From: an uncultured Gemmatimonadales bacterium
GTDB taxonomy: Bacteria; Gemmatimonadota; Gemmatimonadetes; Longimicrobiales; Gaopeijiaceae
Direction: 5' to 3'
Assembly (NCBI GenBank): GCA_963823035.1
Contig: CAWGKG010000010.1
Coordinates: 1-64,000 of the forward strand
Length of the DNA: 64,000 bases
Below the pieces are notes generated by a model. It did not search any database and had not been told where the DNA came from. It saw only the letters and a program-made list of their open reading frames with translations. A program made the position numbers and the translations under genes. Shown piece by piece: positions 11,310 through 21,976 of this stretch. Positions within the stretch are counted from its first letter, which is position 1; each line of letters opens with the position of its first letter.

Positions 11310-12001
11310 GGGTATCCCTGATCCTCCCAGTACCCTCCCGGACGCTCGTCCGTGAAGGTGATGCGGGTGAGGTACTTGGTGAGCTTGTAGCCGAGCTTGT
11401 GCGGCGCGTACAGCGCGCAGCGGGGCGCCGTGGTCCGGCCCGAGGTCGTCTCCGTTGAAGCCGTACGCCAGGATGGTCTGCGGATGCAGCGCCGACTCCA
11501 TGTCCCACCCGTTGTAGTAGTCCGAGTCGAAGGAGTCGAAGCGCACGTAGCGCGCCTCCGGCAGCACCGTGACCGTGGCGGCCAGGTCGCGCATCGGCAT
11601 GCCCGTCCACGTCGCGATGGCCGACCAACCCTCCACGCAGTGGTGCTTCACCGTGTAGGTCGTACCCGTGGCCCGCCGGATGTCGTCGAGCGTGAGCGAC
11701 AGCGGGATCTTGACCAGCCCTCCGATCTCCAGCCGCCACGACCGCGGATCGCGGAGCGTGGGCGTCATCCCGCTGATGTGGTACGCGGGAAAGCTGCTGG
11801 TGCGCTCGATCGGGTCGTACGTCGGCGCCAGCCGCTCGTCCGACTGCAGCACCCCGCCCAGCCAGTCGTTGAGGCGCGAGAAGCGCTGCAGCTTCGGCCG
11901 CAGCGCGGGGCCGCCGTCCCATCCGCAGGCGGAGAGCATGGCGCCCAGCCCCCCGGCGAGGAACGCGCGACGACCGGGGTGCGTGAGCGGCTACGGCGCA
12001 T
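11291..12001 (-). CDS. Molybdopterin-dependent oxidoreductase, sulfite oxidase family (MsrP/YedY-like), Tat signal (frameshifted)
   Basis: GRRAFLAGG Tat motif after frameshift repair; HHCVEGWSAIATWTG; HPQTILAY; HGAPLR..KLGYKLTKY..GGYWEDQGYPWYGGV*. Confidence 0.85.
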
Positions 12002-12649
12002 CGTCGCCTGAACCTCCCGAGGTAGGTGCCGGTAATCATCGCGCGCAGCGAGTGCGCGGTCCGCGACGAACACCATGACCACGTGCACGAGCGTGAACGC
12101 CACGAACAGCCACACGGCCCAGAAGTGCCAGTAGCGGGCCGCCTGGAAGCCGCCGAAGAGGGACGTCAGCCAGTGGAGCTGCACGGGCTTGTAGATCGCC
12201 CACCCCGTGAGCACCGACAGCATGCCCAGGAGGAGGATGAAGGTGTAGGCCAGCTTCTGGAGCGCGTTGTGCTTCCCCTGCGGCGGGTGGTCCTTGAGGA
12301 TGCGCAGGTAGTACATCTGCATGCGGATGGCGGGCCGCACGTCCCGCGGACGGAAGACGAGCTTCTTCCACTCCCGGCTGAAGAGGAGGTAGAGGACGTA
12401 GAGACCCCCCACGGCCATCAGGGGCCACATCAGGAAGAAGTGCCAGTTCAGCCCGCCCGCGAGCCAGCCACCCAGCCGGGCCCACTGCGGAAAGGCCGTG
12501 TCCTGGAACGGCTGCGGCAGGTACGGGCCGCCGCGCAGTCCGAACCGCGGGTAGGCCCGGTAGATCTGGAGCCCGCTCGCGATCATCCCCAGGATCAGGA
12601 CCGCGGCGAGCCAGTGGGTCACGCGCACGATCCAGTGATGGCGTTTCAC
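12000..12649 (-). CDS. Cytochrome b membrane subunit (Ni/Fe-hydrogenase cyt b family), partner of the molybdoenzyme; 3' end approximate
   Basis: RVTHW, NWHFF, KHNALQKLAY, ARYWHF..VHVVMV heme-His pattern; frameshift near 12060. Confidence 0.85.
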
Positions 12650-12710
12650 ATCGTGCCGTCCGCGTCGAAGGTATCCGCCATCATCCTACCCATTCCGGCC
12701 GAATCGTGCA

Positions 12711-14147
12711 TCAAGGTGACCCGGCGGCGGGCGCCGGCGCCTCTCGGCGACCCGGGACGAGCAGGCGCACGACCCCGTCGTGCTTGTTCAGCAGGAGGAC
12801 GCGCCCGTCGGGCGCCGTGCCGAAGCGCAGGTCGGCGCGGTCGGCGCCGCGGTTCTTCGCGCGGATGACCTCGAGGAAGGTGACCGGCCGGCCGCGTCCG
12901 TCGTCGAGGAGGACGCGGCCGAAACCCTGGTTGCCGCCCTGCGGCGGGTGGTCCGCGTCGAAGTGGAAGATCTCACCGCTCGGGAAGTCCCCGAACGAGC
13001 ACCCGGTTCTCGAGCTGAGGGATCGCGTCCCCCCGGTAGACCACCACGCCCGTGGCGGCCGCGCGTGACCCCAGGAGCGGGTCGCCGTGGGCGTACTCGG
13101 CCACCGGGTACGTCATCGCGGGGTCGCCGCGCGGGTTGGAGACGTCCACGCCGGCGCGGCTGACGAACGCGAAGCTCCCCTCCCACCGGTTCCACCCGAG
13201 GTTGGCGCCCGCGGTGACCGGGCTCACCTCCTCGACCAGGTTCTGGCCGATGTCGGCCATGTACATGGCGCCGGTCGCCGGATCCCACCCGATGCGCTGC
13301 GGGATTGCGCACCCCCGAGGCGAAGATCTCGCCGAGCGTGCCGGGTCGCCGTCGGCGACGTAGGGGTTGTCAGGCGGAATCCCGTACTTCCCGTTCGCGG
13401 CGTCCGCGCCGAGCGGGTCGATGCGCAGGATCTTCCCGAACGCCGAACCGAGGTCCTGGGCCAGGTTCATCGGATCGCCACCGCTGCCGCCGTCCGCGAC
13501 GCCGAGGTAGAGCAGACCGTAGTCGGGGTCACCCGGCGCGGCCAGGGGATCGAAGACGGCGTGCCCGCCGTTGTGGTTGGCGAAGGGCTGCTGGAAGCGC
13601 ATGAGCTCCCGAGGCGGGCCGCCGTCGTAGGTGCGCGCCGATGCGTCGCGGGCGCGCCACTCCAGGAGGACGGTGTGGTGCGTGTTGCCGCCGCCGCCCG
13701 GCGTGAAGTCGGCCTTTGCCCGGTTGTCCTCGTGTCGGTCCAGGTGTAGAAACGCCCGTAGCCCGGCGCCCCCTCGCGGCCGAAGTCCGGGTGGAAGGCG
13801 AAGCTCTGGAAGCCCGCTCGCGCCCCGAGGACTGGACGGACACGCCCCAGCGTCCGTCGTCGATGTCCACGTACCGGGTGACGGTGGAGCCGTCGTAGCT
13901 CACCGAGTAGAGCGGCCCGCGCATGTCGTTCACGAACATGCGGCGCGTCCCGGTTCGTCGACGAGCAGCATCATCCGTGGCGCCTGCCCGTCGGAATCCG
14001 GGATGGTCGCGAAGTCGGTCACGCCCACCACCAGGACCCCGTCGTCCGCGCGGATCCCCGAGGAGAAGGGGCGCGTCGTGGTCTGGCCGGGACGGGGTGG
14101 GCCGCGGCGAGCGCGACGGCAGCGGTCGACGTCGTGAGTCGGGTCAT
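12711..14147 (-). CDS. PQQ-dependent sugar dehydrogenase (glucose/sorbosone dehydrogenase family), multiple frameshifts
   Basis: QPFANHNGG, LYLGVADGGSGGDP, GKILRIDP, RNPQR, DIGQNLVEEV, GANLGW, DLRFG. Confidence 0.85.
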
Positions 14148-14408
14148 CCTGGGCTCCGCTGCGTCCGGAGGGGCGGGGGTCCGAGCCGCACGCTACCCCC
14201 GCCCGGCATCCCCGGGCAAGCCGTCCATCCCGCCGCCCGGAGGCGTCGCCGTACACGGGTGGCCGGGCCGGCGCACGTTCGCCGGGCGCCCTCAACCAAA
14301 AGGTCCGGTCGGGGGTCTTCATTCGGCGGCGAAGCGCGCTGGACGACCAGCCCGGGGTATCGCCGACGTCCGACTCGATTCCAACCCGACACCTCTGGGG
14401 GAACGCGG

Positions 14409-15722
14409 ATGTCACGGTGGCGCCCTCGCGGCTTCGCGGCCGTCTTCCTCTCGCTGCTCCTTCCCCTCGGGCGGTGCCTTCGCCCAGGAGAACGGCGGCG
14501 GGGGTGATCACGCTCGACGAGGCGGTCCGCCTCTCCCTCGAGCGCCAACCGGCCGCTGTGGCTGCCGCCGGCGCGGTGTCGAGCGCGCGCGCCGACCTCC
14601 TGCAGTCACGCGGAGCGCTTCTCCCGAACATCAACGCGAACGGGATCTTCGCGAACTCGAGCAACGAGCGCTTCGACCAGGCCAACGGGCCAGCTCGTCT
14701 CCCAGAACTACACCTCCCAGCTGCAGGGCTCGTACGAGATCTTCGGTGCCGGTCGCAGGTTCGCGAATCTGCGCGCCTCCGGAGCCGGGGTGGACGCGGC
14801 CGAGGCGCGCTTCCGGGCGCAGCGATTCCAGACGATCCTCCAGACCACCAGCCTGTTCTACGCGGCCGCGGCGGCGGCCGACCTCGTGCGCGTCGCGGAG
14901 CAGCGGCAGGAGCGGGCCCAGGAGCAGCTCACCTTCGCCCAGGTCCGGCTCGATCTCGGAACGGCCACGGCGTCGGACCACCTGCGCGCGGAGATCGAAG
15001 TGGCGAATGCGGAGCTGGCCGTGGTGGAGGCCCGCGCGAACCAGCGGGCCACCGAGCTCGAGCTCGGCCGCCAGGTCGGGTCGGACGTCGCGGTCAGCCC
15101 GGCGCCCGAGTCGCTGCCGGACAGCGCGCCGGAGCTTCCGCCCACCGAGGAGCTGGTCCGGCGCGCGCTGGGCAGCGCCCCGGCGGTGGTCGCGGCGGAC
15201 GCGACGCTGAAGAGCCGGGCGATGGAAACCCTCGCCGCGTACACGCCGTACCTCCCCACCGTGCGCGTCACGGGTGGCTACGACTGGTTCGCCTTCGACT
15301 TCCCGCCCAACCAGCAGAGCTGGAGCTTCCGGGTCATCGCGTCGCTCCCGCTCTTCAACGGCTTCCAGCGGGAAGCGGCGCTGCAGCGGGCCCGGGCGGC
15401 CCAACGCAACGCGGAGGCGCAGGCGCGCGACGCGGTGCTCGGTGCACGGGTCAGCGTCGAGTCCGCGGCGCAGGCCATCGAGACCGCGTCGCGTCGGGTC
15501 CAGATCTCCGACCGGACCGTGCGGCTCGCGGAGGAGGACCTGAGGGTGCAGGAGGAGCGCTACCAGCTGGGTATCACCACGATCCTCGACCTGCAGACCT
15601 CGCAGGTGGCGCTGGCCGACGCTCAGGTCGCGGCGGTCACGGCCCGGCAGGCGCTGGGCAGCGCGGTGGCGGGGCTCGAGGCGATCCTCGGGGAACCGAT
15701 TGCTCAGGAGTCGGGACGATGA
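14409..15722 (+). CDS. TolC-family outer membrane efflux protein (frameshifted)
   Basis: TLDEAVRLSLERQP, SLPLFNGF, ERYQLGITTILDL; first gene of an efflux triplet. Confidence 0.85.
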
Positions 15723-16856
15723 AGGGTATCTGGAGGAGCACTGCGCTCCTGACGGTTCTCGCGGCGGTGGTCGGCATCTCCGGGTGCAAGAAGGGAGAGG
15801 CGACCCAGACGGGCAGCGCCGGGTCCGGCGCCACCGGTCGGCGCGGCCAGCCTCGCATCGCGGTGGTGCAGACCGTCGCGGTGACCAAGGGCTCGATCGC
15901 CCGCTCGGTGATCGTATCGGGGGTGGTCGAGCCCCTCCGCACCGTGGCCGTCAACAGCCAGCTCTCGGGTGCGGTGCTCGCCGTGAAGGTCGAGGAGGGG
16001 AGCCTGGTCCGCGCCGGGGACACGCTGGCGCGAGCTCGACGGGCGTGAGCTGCGGGCGCAGCTCGCCGCCGCGGAGGCGTCCTTCCAGGTGGCCGAGGCC
16101 GCCTTCGAGCGCGCGCAGCAGCTCCGCGACCGCCAGATCATCACGCTGCCCGAATACGAGCAGCAGCGCACCGCGCACGCGGCCGCCACGTCCACGCTCG
16201 ACCAGCTCCGCACCCGGATCGGGTACACGCACGTGCTCGCCCCGTGGACGGCGTGGTGACGGAGAAGCGCGTGGAGGCCGGCGACGCGGTGGGCACGCAG
16301 ACCCGGCTCTTCAGCATCGCGGAGGTGTCCACCCTGGTGGTGCGCGTCGGCGTCTCCGAGTTGGACGTGGTCGAGCTGAAGGAGGGCGACGCGGTGCGCG
16401 TCGATCTCGACGCCTTCCCCGGCCGCGTGGTCTCGGGCCACATCCGCCGGATCTTCCCGGCCGCGGACCCGACGACGCGCCTCGTGCCGGTCGAGGTCGC
16501 CCTGGTGCCGGATGCGCGCTCCTTCGTGCGGCCCGGCTTCCTCGCGCGCACGACCTTCGCGCTCAACGAGCGGTCGGGCGTCCTGCTGGTGCCTCAGGCG
16601 GCCCTCGTGGGCGGGAGCTCTTCGCAGTCGGTGTTCGTGGTGGACCAGGGGCGCGCCGTGCGGCGCACCGTCGAGACCGGCCTGACGTCGGAGGGAAGCG
16701 TCGAGGTCGTCTCCGGTCTCACGGAGGGCGAGCCGGTGGTCACGCTGGGCAACCACCTGCTCCGCGACGGCGCCGAGGTGCGCGTCGTGGACGAGGACAC
16801 GGTGGCCGGCGGCGGCGAATGCCGCCGGTGGCAGCGGACGGAGGACGCACCGATGA
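15719..16856 (+). CDS. RND efflux periplasmic adaptor (MFP) lipoprotein (frameshifted; end approximate)
   Basis: Lipobox ISGC; VKVEEGSLVRAGD; GVVTEKRVEAGD; VRPGFLAR; VEVVSGLTEGEPVV. Confidence 0.85.
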
Positions 16857-19800
16857 GCGCGGCCAAGCGGCCCGCAGGGCCCCCGCCGGGGCCTGCCCAG
16901 CCTCGCGATCCTGCGCCCCGTGGGCACGCTGATGCTCACCTCGGTGGTCATCGTGCTGGGCGTGTTCTTCCTGCGCGGACTCCCGCTGGACCTCCTCCCG
17001 ACCATCGTCTACCCGCAGCTCCGGGCCGGCGTCAGCAATGCGGGTGTGGAGCCGCAGGTGCTCGAGGAGACGGTGGCCAAGCGGCTCGAGGCCGCGCTGG
17101 CCACGACCGAGAACGTCACGAACATGCAGACGGAGATCCGCGAGGGTCGCGTCGGCGTGAACCTGACGTTCGCCTACGGCACGGACGTGGACTTCGCGCT
17201 CCAGGACGCCTCGAAGAACCTGGAGCGCGCGCGCGGCGGCCTCCCGGAGGAGGCCGACCCGCCGTCGATCAACAAGTTCGACCCCAACCAGAGCCCGGTC
17301 TACGAGGCGGCGTTCTCCTCGGAGACGCGGGACCTGGTGTCGCTGCGCGAATGGGTGGAGTACCGCCTGCGGCCCCAGCTCCTCACGATCGAGGGCGTCG
17401 CGAGCGTCGACATCTCGGGCGGGCTGGTGCGCGAGATCCAGGTGGTGCTCGACCAGGAGCGCCTGCGCTCCTACGGGCTCACGGTGTCTCAGGTCATCGA
17501 GGCCGTGCGCTCGGCGAACCAGGACGTGGCGGCCGGGCGCGTGTCCTCGCCGACGCGTGAGGTGGTGGGGAAGACCGCGGGGAAGTTCCGCACGGTCGAG
17601 GACGTGAAGTCCGTCCTCCTGACGGTGCAGGGGGGCGCGCGCGTGCCGCTCTCGGAGATCGCCTCGGTGCGCGACACGCACCAGGAGCAGCGCCTGTGGG
17701 CGCGGCTGAACGGCCTGCCCGCGGTGAAGGCCTCGGTGCGCAAGCAGCCCAACGCCAACACGGTGTCGGTGGCGGAGCAGGTCAACCAGCGGCTCGCCGA
17801 CCTCAAGGCCGGCAGCTTCACGCCCGCGGACATCGACTACCAGACGATCCAGAACCAGGCCGCCTTCATCCGCAAGTCGGTGCGCTCGGTGGAGAGCGCG
17901 GCGCTGCTCGGCGGGCTGCTCGCCATGGTCGTCGTCTTCCTCTTCCTCGGCTCGCTGCGCAAGACGATCATCGTGGGTGCCGGCATCCCCATCGCCATCC
18001 TGGCGACGTTCATCATGATGGGCCTCGGCAAGCTGACGCTGAACATCATGAGCCTGGGCGGGCTCGCGCTCGGCGTCGGCATGCTGGTGGACAACTCCAT
18101 CGTGATGCTGGAGAACATCTTCCGGCACCGTGAGGAGGGGCAGGAGGACGTGGAGGAGGCGGCGCACGAGGGCGCGGCCGAGGTGCAGAGCGCCGTGATC
18201 GCGTCCACCGCCACGAACCTCGCGGCCGTGGTGCCCTTCCTCCTGATCAGCGGGCTGGCGGCGCTCATCTTCCGCGAGCTGATCCTGACGATCTCCTTCG
18301 CGATCCTGGCCTCGCTCGGCGTGGCGCTGACCGTCGTGCCGATGCTGTCGGCGCACCTGGCCAAGGTCCGCTTCTCGAGCGGCGTGAAGAACTGGTTCGC
18401 GCCCAGGTGGGTGGACGCCGGGATGCGCACGGCTGCGCGGAGGGCTACCGCGGGATCATGCGCCGGCTCGTGCCGCTTCCGCTGGGTCGTGTTGGGCCTC
18501 GCGGCGGCCGCGCTGGTCGGCGTCTTCTTCCTGACGCGCGATCTCGGGAGCGAGTTCCTCCCGCAGGTCGACGACGGCAACGTGGGCGTGATGCATCTCG
18601 CTGGCGCCCGGGGTGTCCGCGCTGGAGACCGACCGCGTCACGCGCGAGGTCGAGGGGATGATCGACGAGATGCCGGACGTCGAGGCGCGCTTCGCGACCG
18701 CGGGCGGCATGCTCTTCGGAGCGTCCACGAGCCAGCAGTCGGGTCGAGGCTCCATCGACGTCGTGCTCGTGCCGGCCTCGCAGCGCACGATGAGCGCCGA
18801 CGCGTGGGTGCGGACAGCTCCAGGAGAAGATCAACGCCCGGGGCTTCCCCGGGGCGCGCATCTTCGTGCGCCCGCCGCGCATCCGGGGTCTGAGGACGTC
18901 GAACTACGGCTCGCCGATCGCGCTTTCGATCCAGGGCGACGACCTGGACGAGCTCAAGCGGATCGGCGACGACGTGATGGCGCGCGGTGCGCGGCGTGCC
19001 GGGCCTCGAGAACCTGCAGCCCTCCGCGGAGGACGCGACGCCGCAGCTCTCGATCGAGCTCGACAGGGAGCGCGCCTCGTACCTCGGGCTGAGCGTCGCG
19101 GCGGTCGGGCAGACGCTGCGCACCGCGCTCGACGGGACGATCGCCACCCGCTTCACCGCCGGGAACCAGGAGTACGACCTGCGCGTGATGCTCCCGCGCG
19201 ACCGCTTCAAGAGCCCGGAGGACCTGGGCTCCGTCGCGCTCTTCCCGGGCGGCGCGGGTGGGCAGCCCATCTACCTGCGCGACGTGGCGACCGTCCAGAG
19301 CGTGATGGGTCCGACCATGATCCTGCGCGAGAACCAGAACCGCGTCTTCCGCCTCACGGGGGACAACATCCCCGAGGTGGCTTCGGTCGGCGAGGTCAAC
19401 GACTCCATCCGCGCGCGGCTCGCGAGCCTGCCCATGCCGGACGGCTACGGGATCGTGTTCGGCGGCGAGGAGCAGTCGATCCGCGAGAACAACCGCCAGC
19501 TCGCGATCGTGGTCGGGCTCGCGATCTTCCTGGTGTTCGTGGTGATGGCGGTCCAGTACGAGAGCATCGTCAACCCGCTGGTCATCCTCTTCGCGATCCC
19601 GATGTCGCTCGTCGGCGTCGGGCTGGCGCTGCGCCTCACCGGCACGCCGCAGAGCGCACCCGTGCTGCTCGGCGTGATCCTCCTGGCGGGCATCGTGGTG
19701 AACAACGCGATCCTCCTGGTCGAGTACATCGAGCAGGGGCGGCGCTACCGCGGGTTGACGCGCGAGGAGGCCGTGATCGAGGCGGGCGCGGTGCGTCTGC

Positions 19801-20071
19801 GCCCATCCTCATGACCACGCTCACGACCGCGTTCGGGATGTTGCCGCTCGCCATCGGCATCGGGGACGGCTCGGAGCTCATGCAGCCGCTGGCGATCGCG
19901 GTCGTGGGCGGGTTGAGCGTATCGACGCTGCTCACGCTCTTCGTGGTGCCCAGCGCCTACCTGGTGCTGAACCGCGGGGCGGAGTCGCTGCGCGAGTTCC
20001 TGCTCGGGCGGACGCCGCTCGAGGAGGCGGCGGTGCGCGTGAGCCCGGAGGAGCCCATCGCCACGTCCTGA
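16853..20071 (+). CDS. AcrB/AcrD/AcrF-family RND permease (several frameshifts)
   Basis: GMLVDNSIVMLENI, GIVVNNAILLV, PILMTTLTT..GMLPLA, AVVGGL. Confidence 0.9.
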
Positions 20072-20158
20072 GGGGCACGCGCGGTCTGGTTGCCCCTCCG
20101 CCGCGCAGGGGCCTACTGTTCGTTTCCTCGCCCTCCGCCTTTCAGGAGGACTCCGATC

Positions 20159-21841
20159 GTGAGGCTGCGCCGACCCGCCCTTGCCCTTCTGGTCCCGCTG
20201 CTGGCCCTCCGAGCCGGTGGGGTCGACCGGGCGGAGCCGTTCGAGGTGGGGGTGACCTCGTCGCTCGACAAGGTCTTCGCCGAGCGGCCGTACGATTTCG
20301 AGGGGCGTCTCAGCCTCGAAGCCACGGTGGAGCTGGCCCGGAACGAGTATGAAGCCACGCAGCTCGTCGCGTTCCCTTCCGAGCCGCTGGCCCGCTTCAC
20401 GCTCCAGGCGACCGACCTCGAGCGGGTCGGTGGCGGGACGCCGCTCCCGGCCGACCGGGTCGCGATCGCCCTGGTGGGGTACGTCAATCTGAAGGCGGCC
20501 AAGGTCGCCGGCGACCGGGTCGGGTGGTATCCCGATGCGCTGCTGCCGCCCGATCCGATCGCCCTCTCGCCGGGCGTGCCGCAGCCGTATCTCGTCACGG
20601 TGCGGACCGACTCCTCGACCGTGCCGGGCGACTACGTGGGACGTGTGGTGCTGCGAGGGACGCGGACGAGCGGAGACACGGTGTCCCGCACGGTGAGGCT
20701 CACCGTCCGGGTCTGGGACTTCGTGCTGCCCCGACGGAGTCGCTTCAAGTCGACCGTTCTCTGCGATTGGGGCCTCCCGAAGCGGATGTGGCCGGGCGAG
20801 CGGTTCACGTCGGAGCAGTTGCGGGCCGTGATGTTGCGGGTGGCCGATCTCGGCTTCCGCAATCGGCTGCCGCCCACGGTGTGCCTCGCCAACGGGCTGG
20901 CGAGCTGGAACTGGCAGGGCAAGGGCAATACCACCTCCGGCTACCCCACCCACGACGGGGCGACGTTCAACGCCGAACGCACCGGAGCCCTGATCGACTT
21001 CATGCTGGCCCGAGGGGCGAATCACTTCTTCATCGGCCTGACGTCCAACCCCTACGAGCGCCCGGAGGAGGCCGCCGCGCGGGAGCAGCGGCTCCGTCGT
21101 TACCTCGCCGACTATGCGGCCTATCTGCGGCGTCGCGGCCTGCTGGACCTGGCGTACGTGTACGGGGTCGACGAGCCGTGGGGCCCGGCGGTCGCGGACG
21201 CGAAGCGGGTCTACGCCCTGGTGAAGTCAGTCGATCCCGGGCTTCGGCTCATGCAGAACACCAACCAGAACAACGACCGGGTGATCGGCGATTTCCTGGG
21301 GTCGTTCGATGCGCTCGATCTCAATCTGGGGTGGTTCGACGTCACACGGCTGGCCCGGTACCGCCGGGCCAATCCGGACGGGCTCCGCGACGTCTGGTGG
21401 AACGTGAACCTGTGGCCGGACACCCATCCCAACCTGTTTCTGGAATACCCTCTGGTCGACGCCCGGATCATCGGCCCGATGAGCTTCAAGTACTCGATCC
21501 AGGGCTTCGAGTACTGGGACCTGCTCTCCAAGGCCAGCATCGGACACTACTACCCGGTCCGACGGGGTGAGGCCCGAATCCAGTGGGACGTCGGCCGCCA
21601 ATCGCTCGATGGAGCGCTGGTGTACCCCGGTGCTAGGGACCACGAGATCTACAGCTCCCTGCGCTACGAGAGCTTTCGCGACGGCATGGAAGACCTCGAG
21701 TATCTGTACCTGTTGGCCGATCGGGAGCCCACGAATCCGCTGCTCCGGGTCGAGATCGTGGGGGGGCTTTCCGACTTCGCCACCCGTCCCGAGGCGATCC
21801 TCGCCTTCCGGCGCCAGGTGGCGGCGGCGCTCACGAAGTAG
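20159..21841 (+). CDS. Secreted DUF4091 / GH123-like glycoside hydrolase domain protein
   Basis: AGGAGG SD, signal peptide, LARNEYEATQL, YGVDEP, GFEYW, DGALVYPG, SSLRYESFRDGMEDLEYL. Confidence 0.75.
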   Translation: MRLRRPALALLVPLLALRAGGVDRAEPFEVGVTSSLDKVFAERPYDFEGRLSLEATVELARNEYEATQLVAFPSEPLARFTLQATDLERVGGGTPLPADRVAIALVGYVNLKAAKVAGDRVGWYPDALLPPDPIALSPGVPQPYLVTVRTDSSTVPGDYVGRVVLRGTRTSGDTVSRTVRLTVRVWDFVLPRRSRFKSTVLCDWGLPKRMWPGERFTSEQLRAVMLRVADLGFRNRLPPTVCLANGLASWNWQGKGNTTSGYPTHDGATFNAERTGALIDFMLARGANHFFIGLTSNPYERPEEAAAREQRLRRYLADYAAYLRRRGLLDLAYVYGVDEPWGPAVADAKRVYALVKSVDPGLRLMQNTNQNNDRVIGDFLGSFDALDLNLGWFDVTRLARYRRANPDGLRDVWWNVNLWPDTHPNLFLEYPLVDARIIGPMSFKYSIQGFEYWDLLSKASIGHYYPVRRGEARIQWDVGRQSLDGALVYPGARDHEIYSSLRYESFRDGMEDLEYLYLLADREPTNPLLRVEIVGGLSDFATRPEAILAFRRQVAAALTK

Positions 21842-21976
21842 CTGGCTCCGGGCCTCGGAACACCACCGCGGCGAGCCGCGCGGCGGCGGCTGTTCCATGG
21901 CGGAGCCCGCTGGCACCCTCCTTCGTCCGTCCCTACAATGCCCGCTCTGCACGCCTCCCCACCAAGGTGAGGACCC

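Noticed and set aside
11073..11939. Molybdoenzyme fused to a Met-rich tail
   Set aside because: The conserved enzyme C-terminus lies in another frame and stops at 11291; the tail has its own ATG and lipobox
14293..14318. Possible ECF promoter CAACC-N17-GTCT before the efflux operon
   Set aside because: Short motif, no ECF sigma factor in the window, cannot be distinguished from chance
12711..20071. Pseudogene island or programmed frameshifting in the dehydrogenase and efflux genes
   Set aside because: Lesions are single-base indels with motifs intact and no consistent slippery sites; sequencing error is more parsimonious
21911..21925. Sigma54-like TGGCACCCTCCTTCG upstream of the VPS10 gene
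   Set aside because: The -12 element reads CG, not the invariant GC
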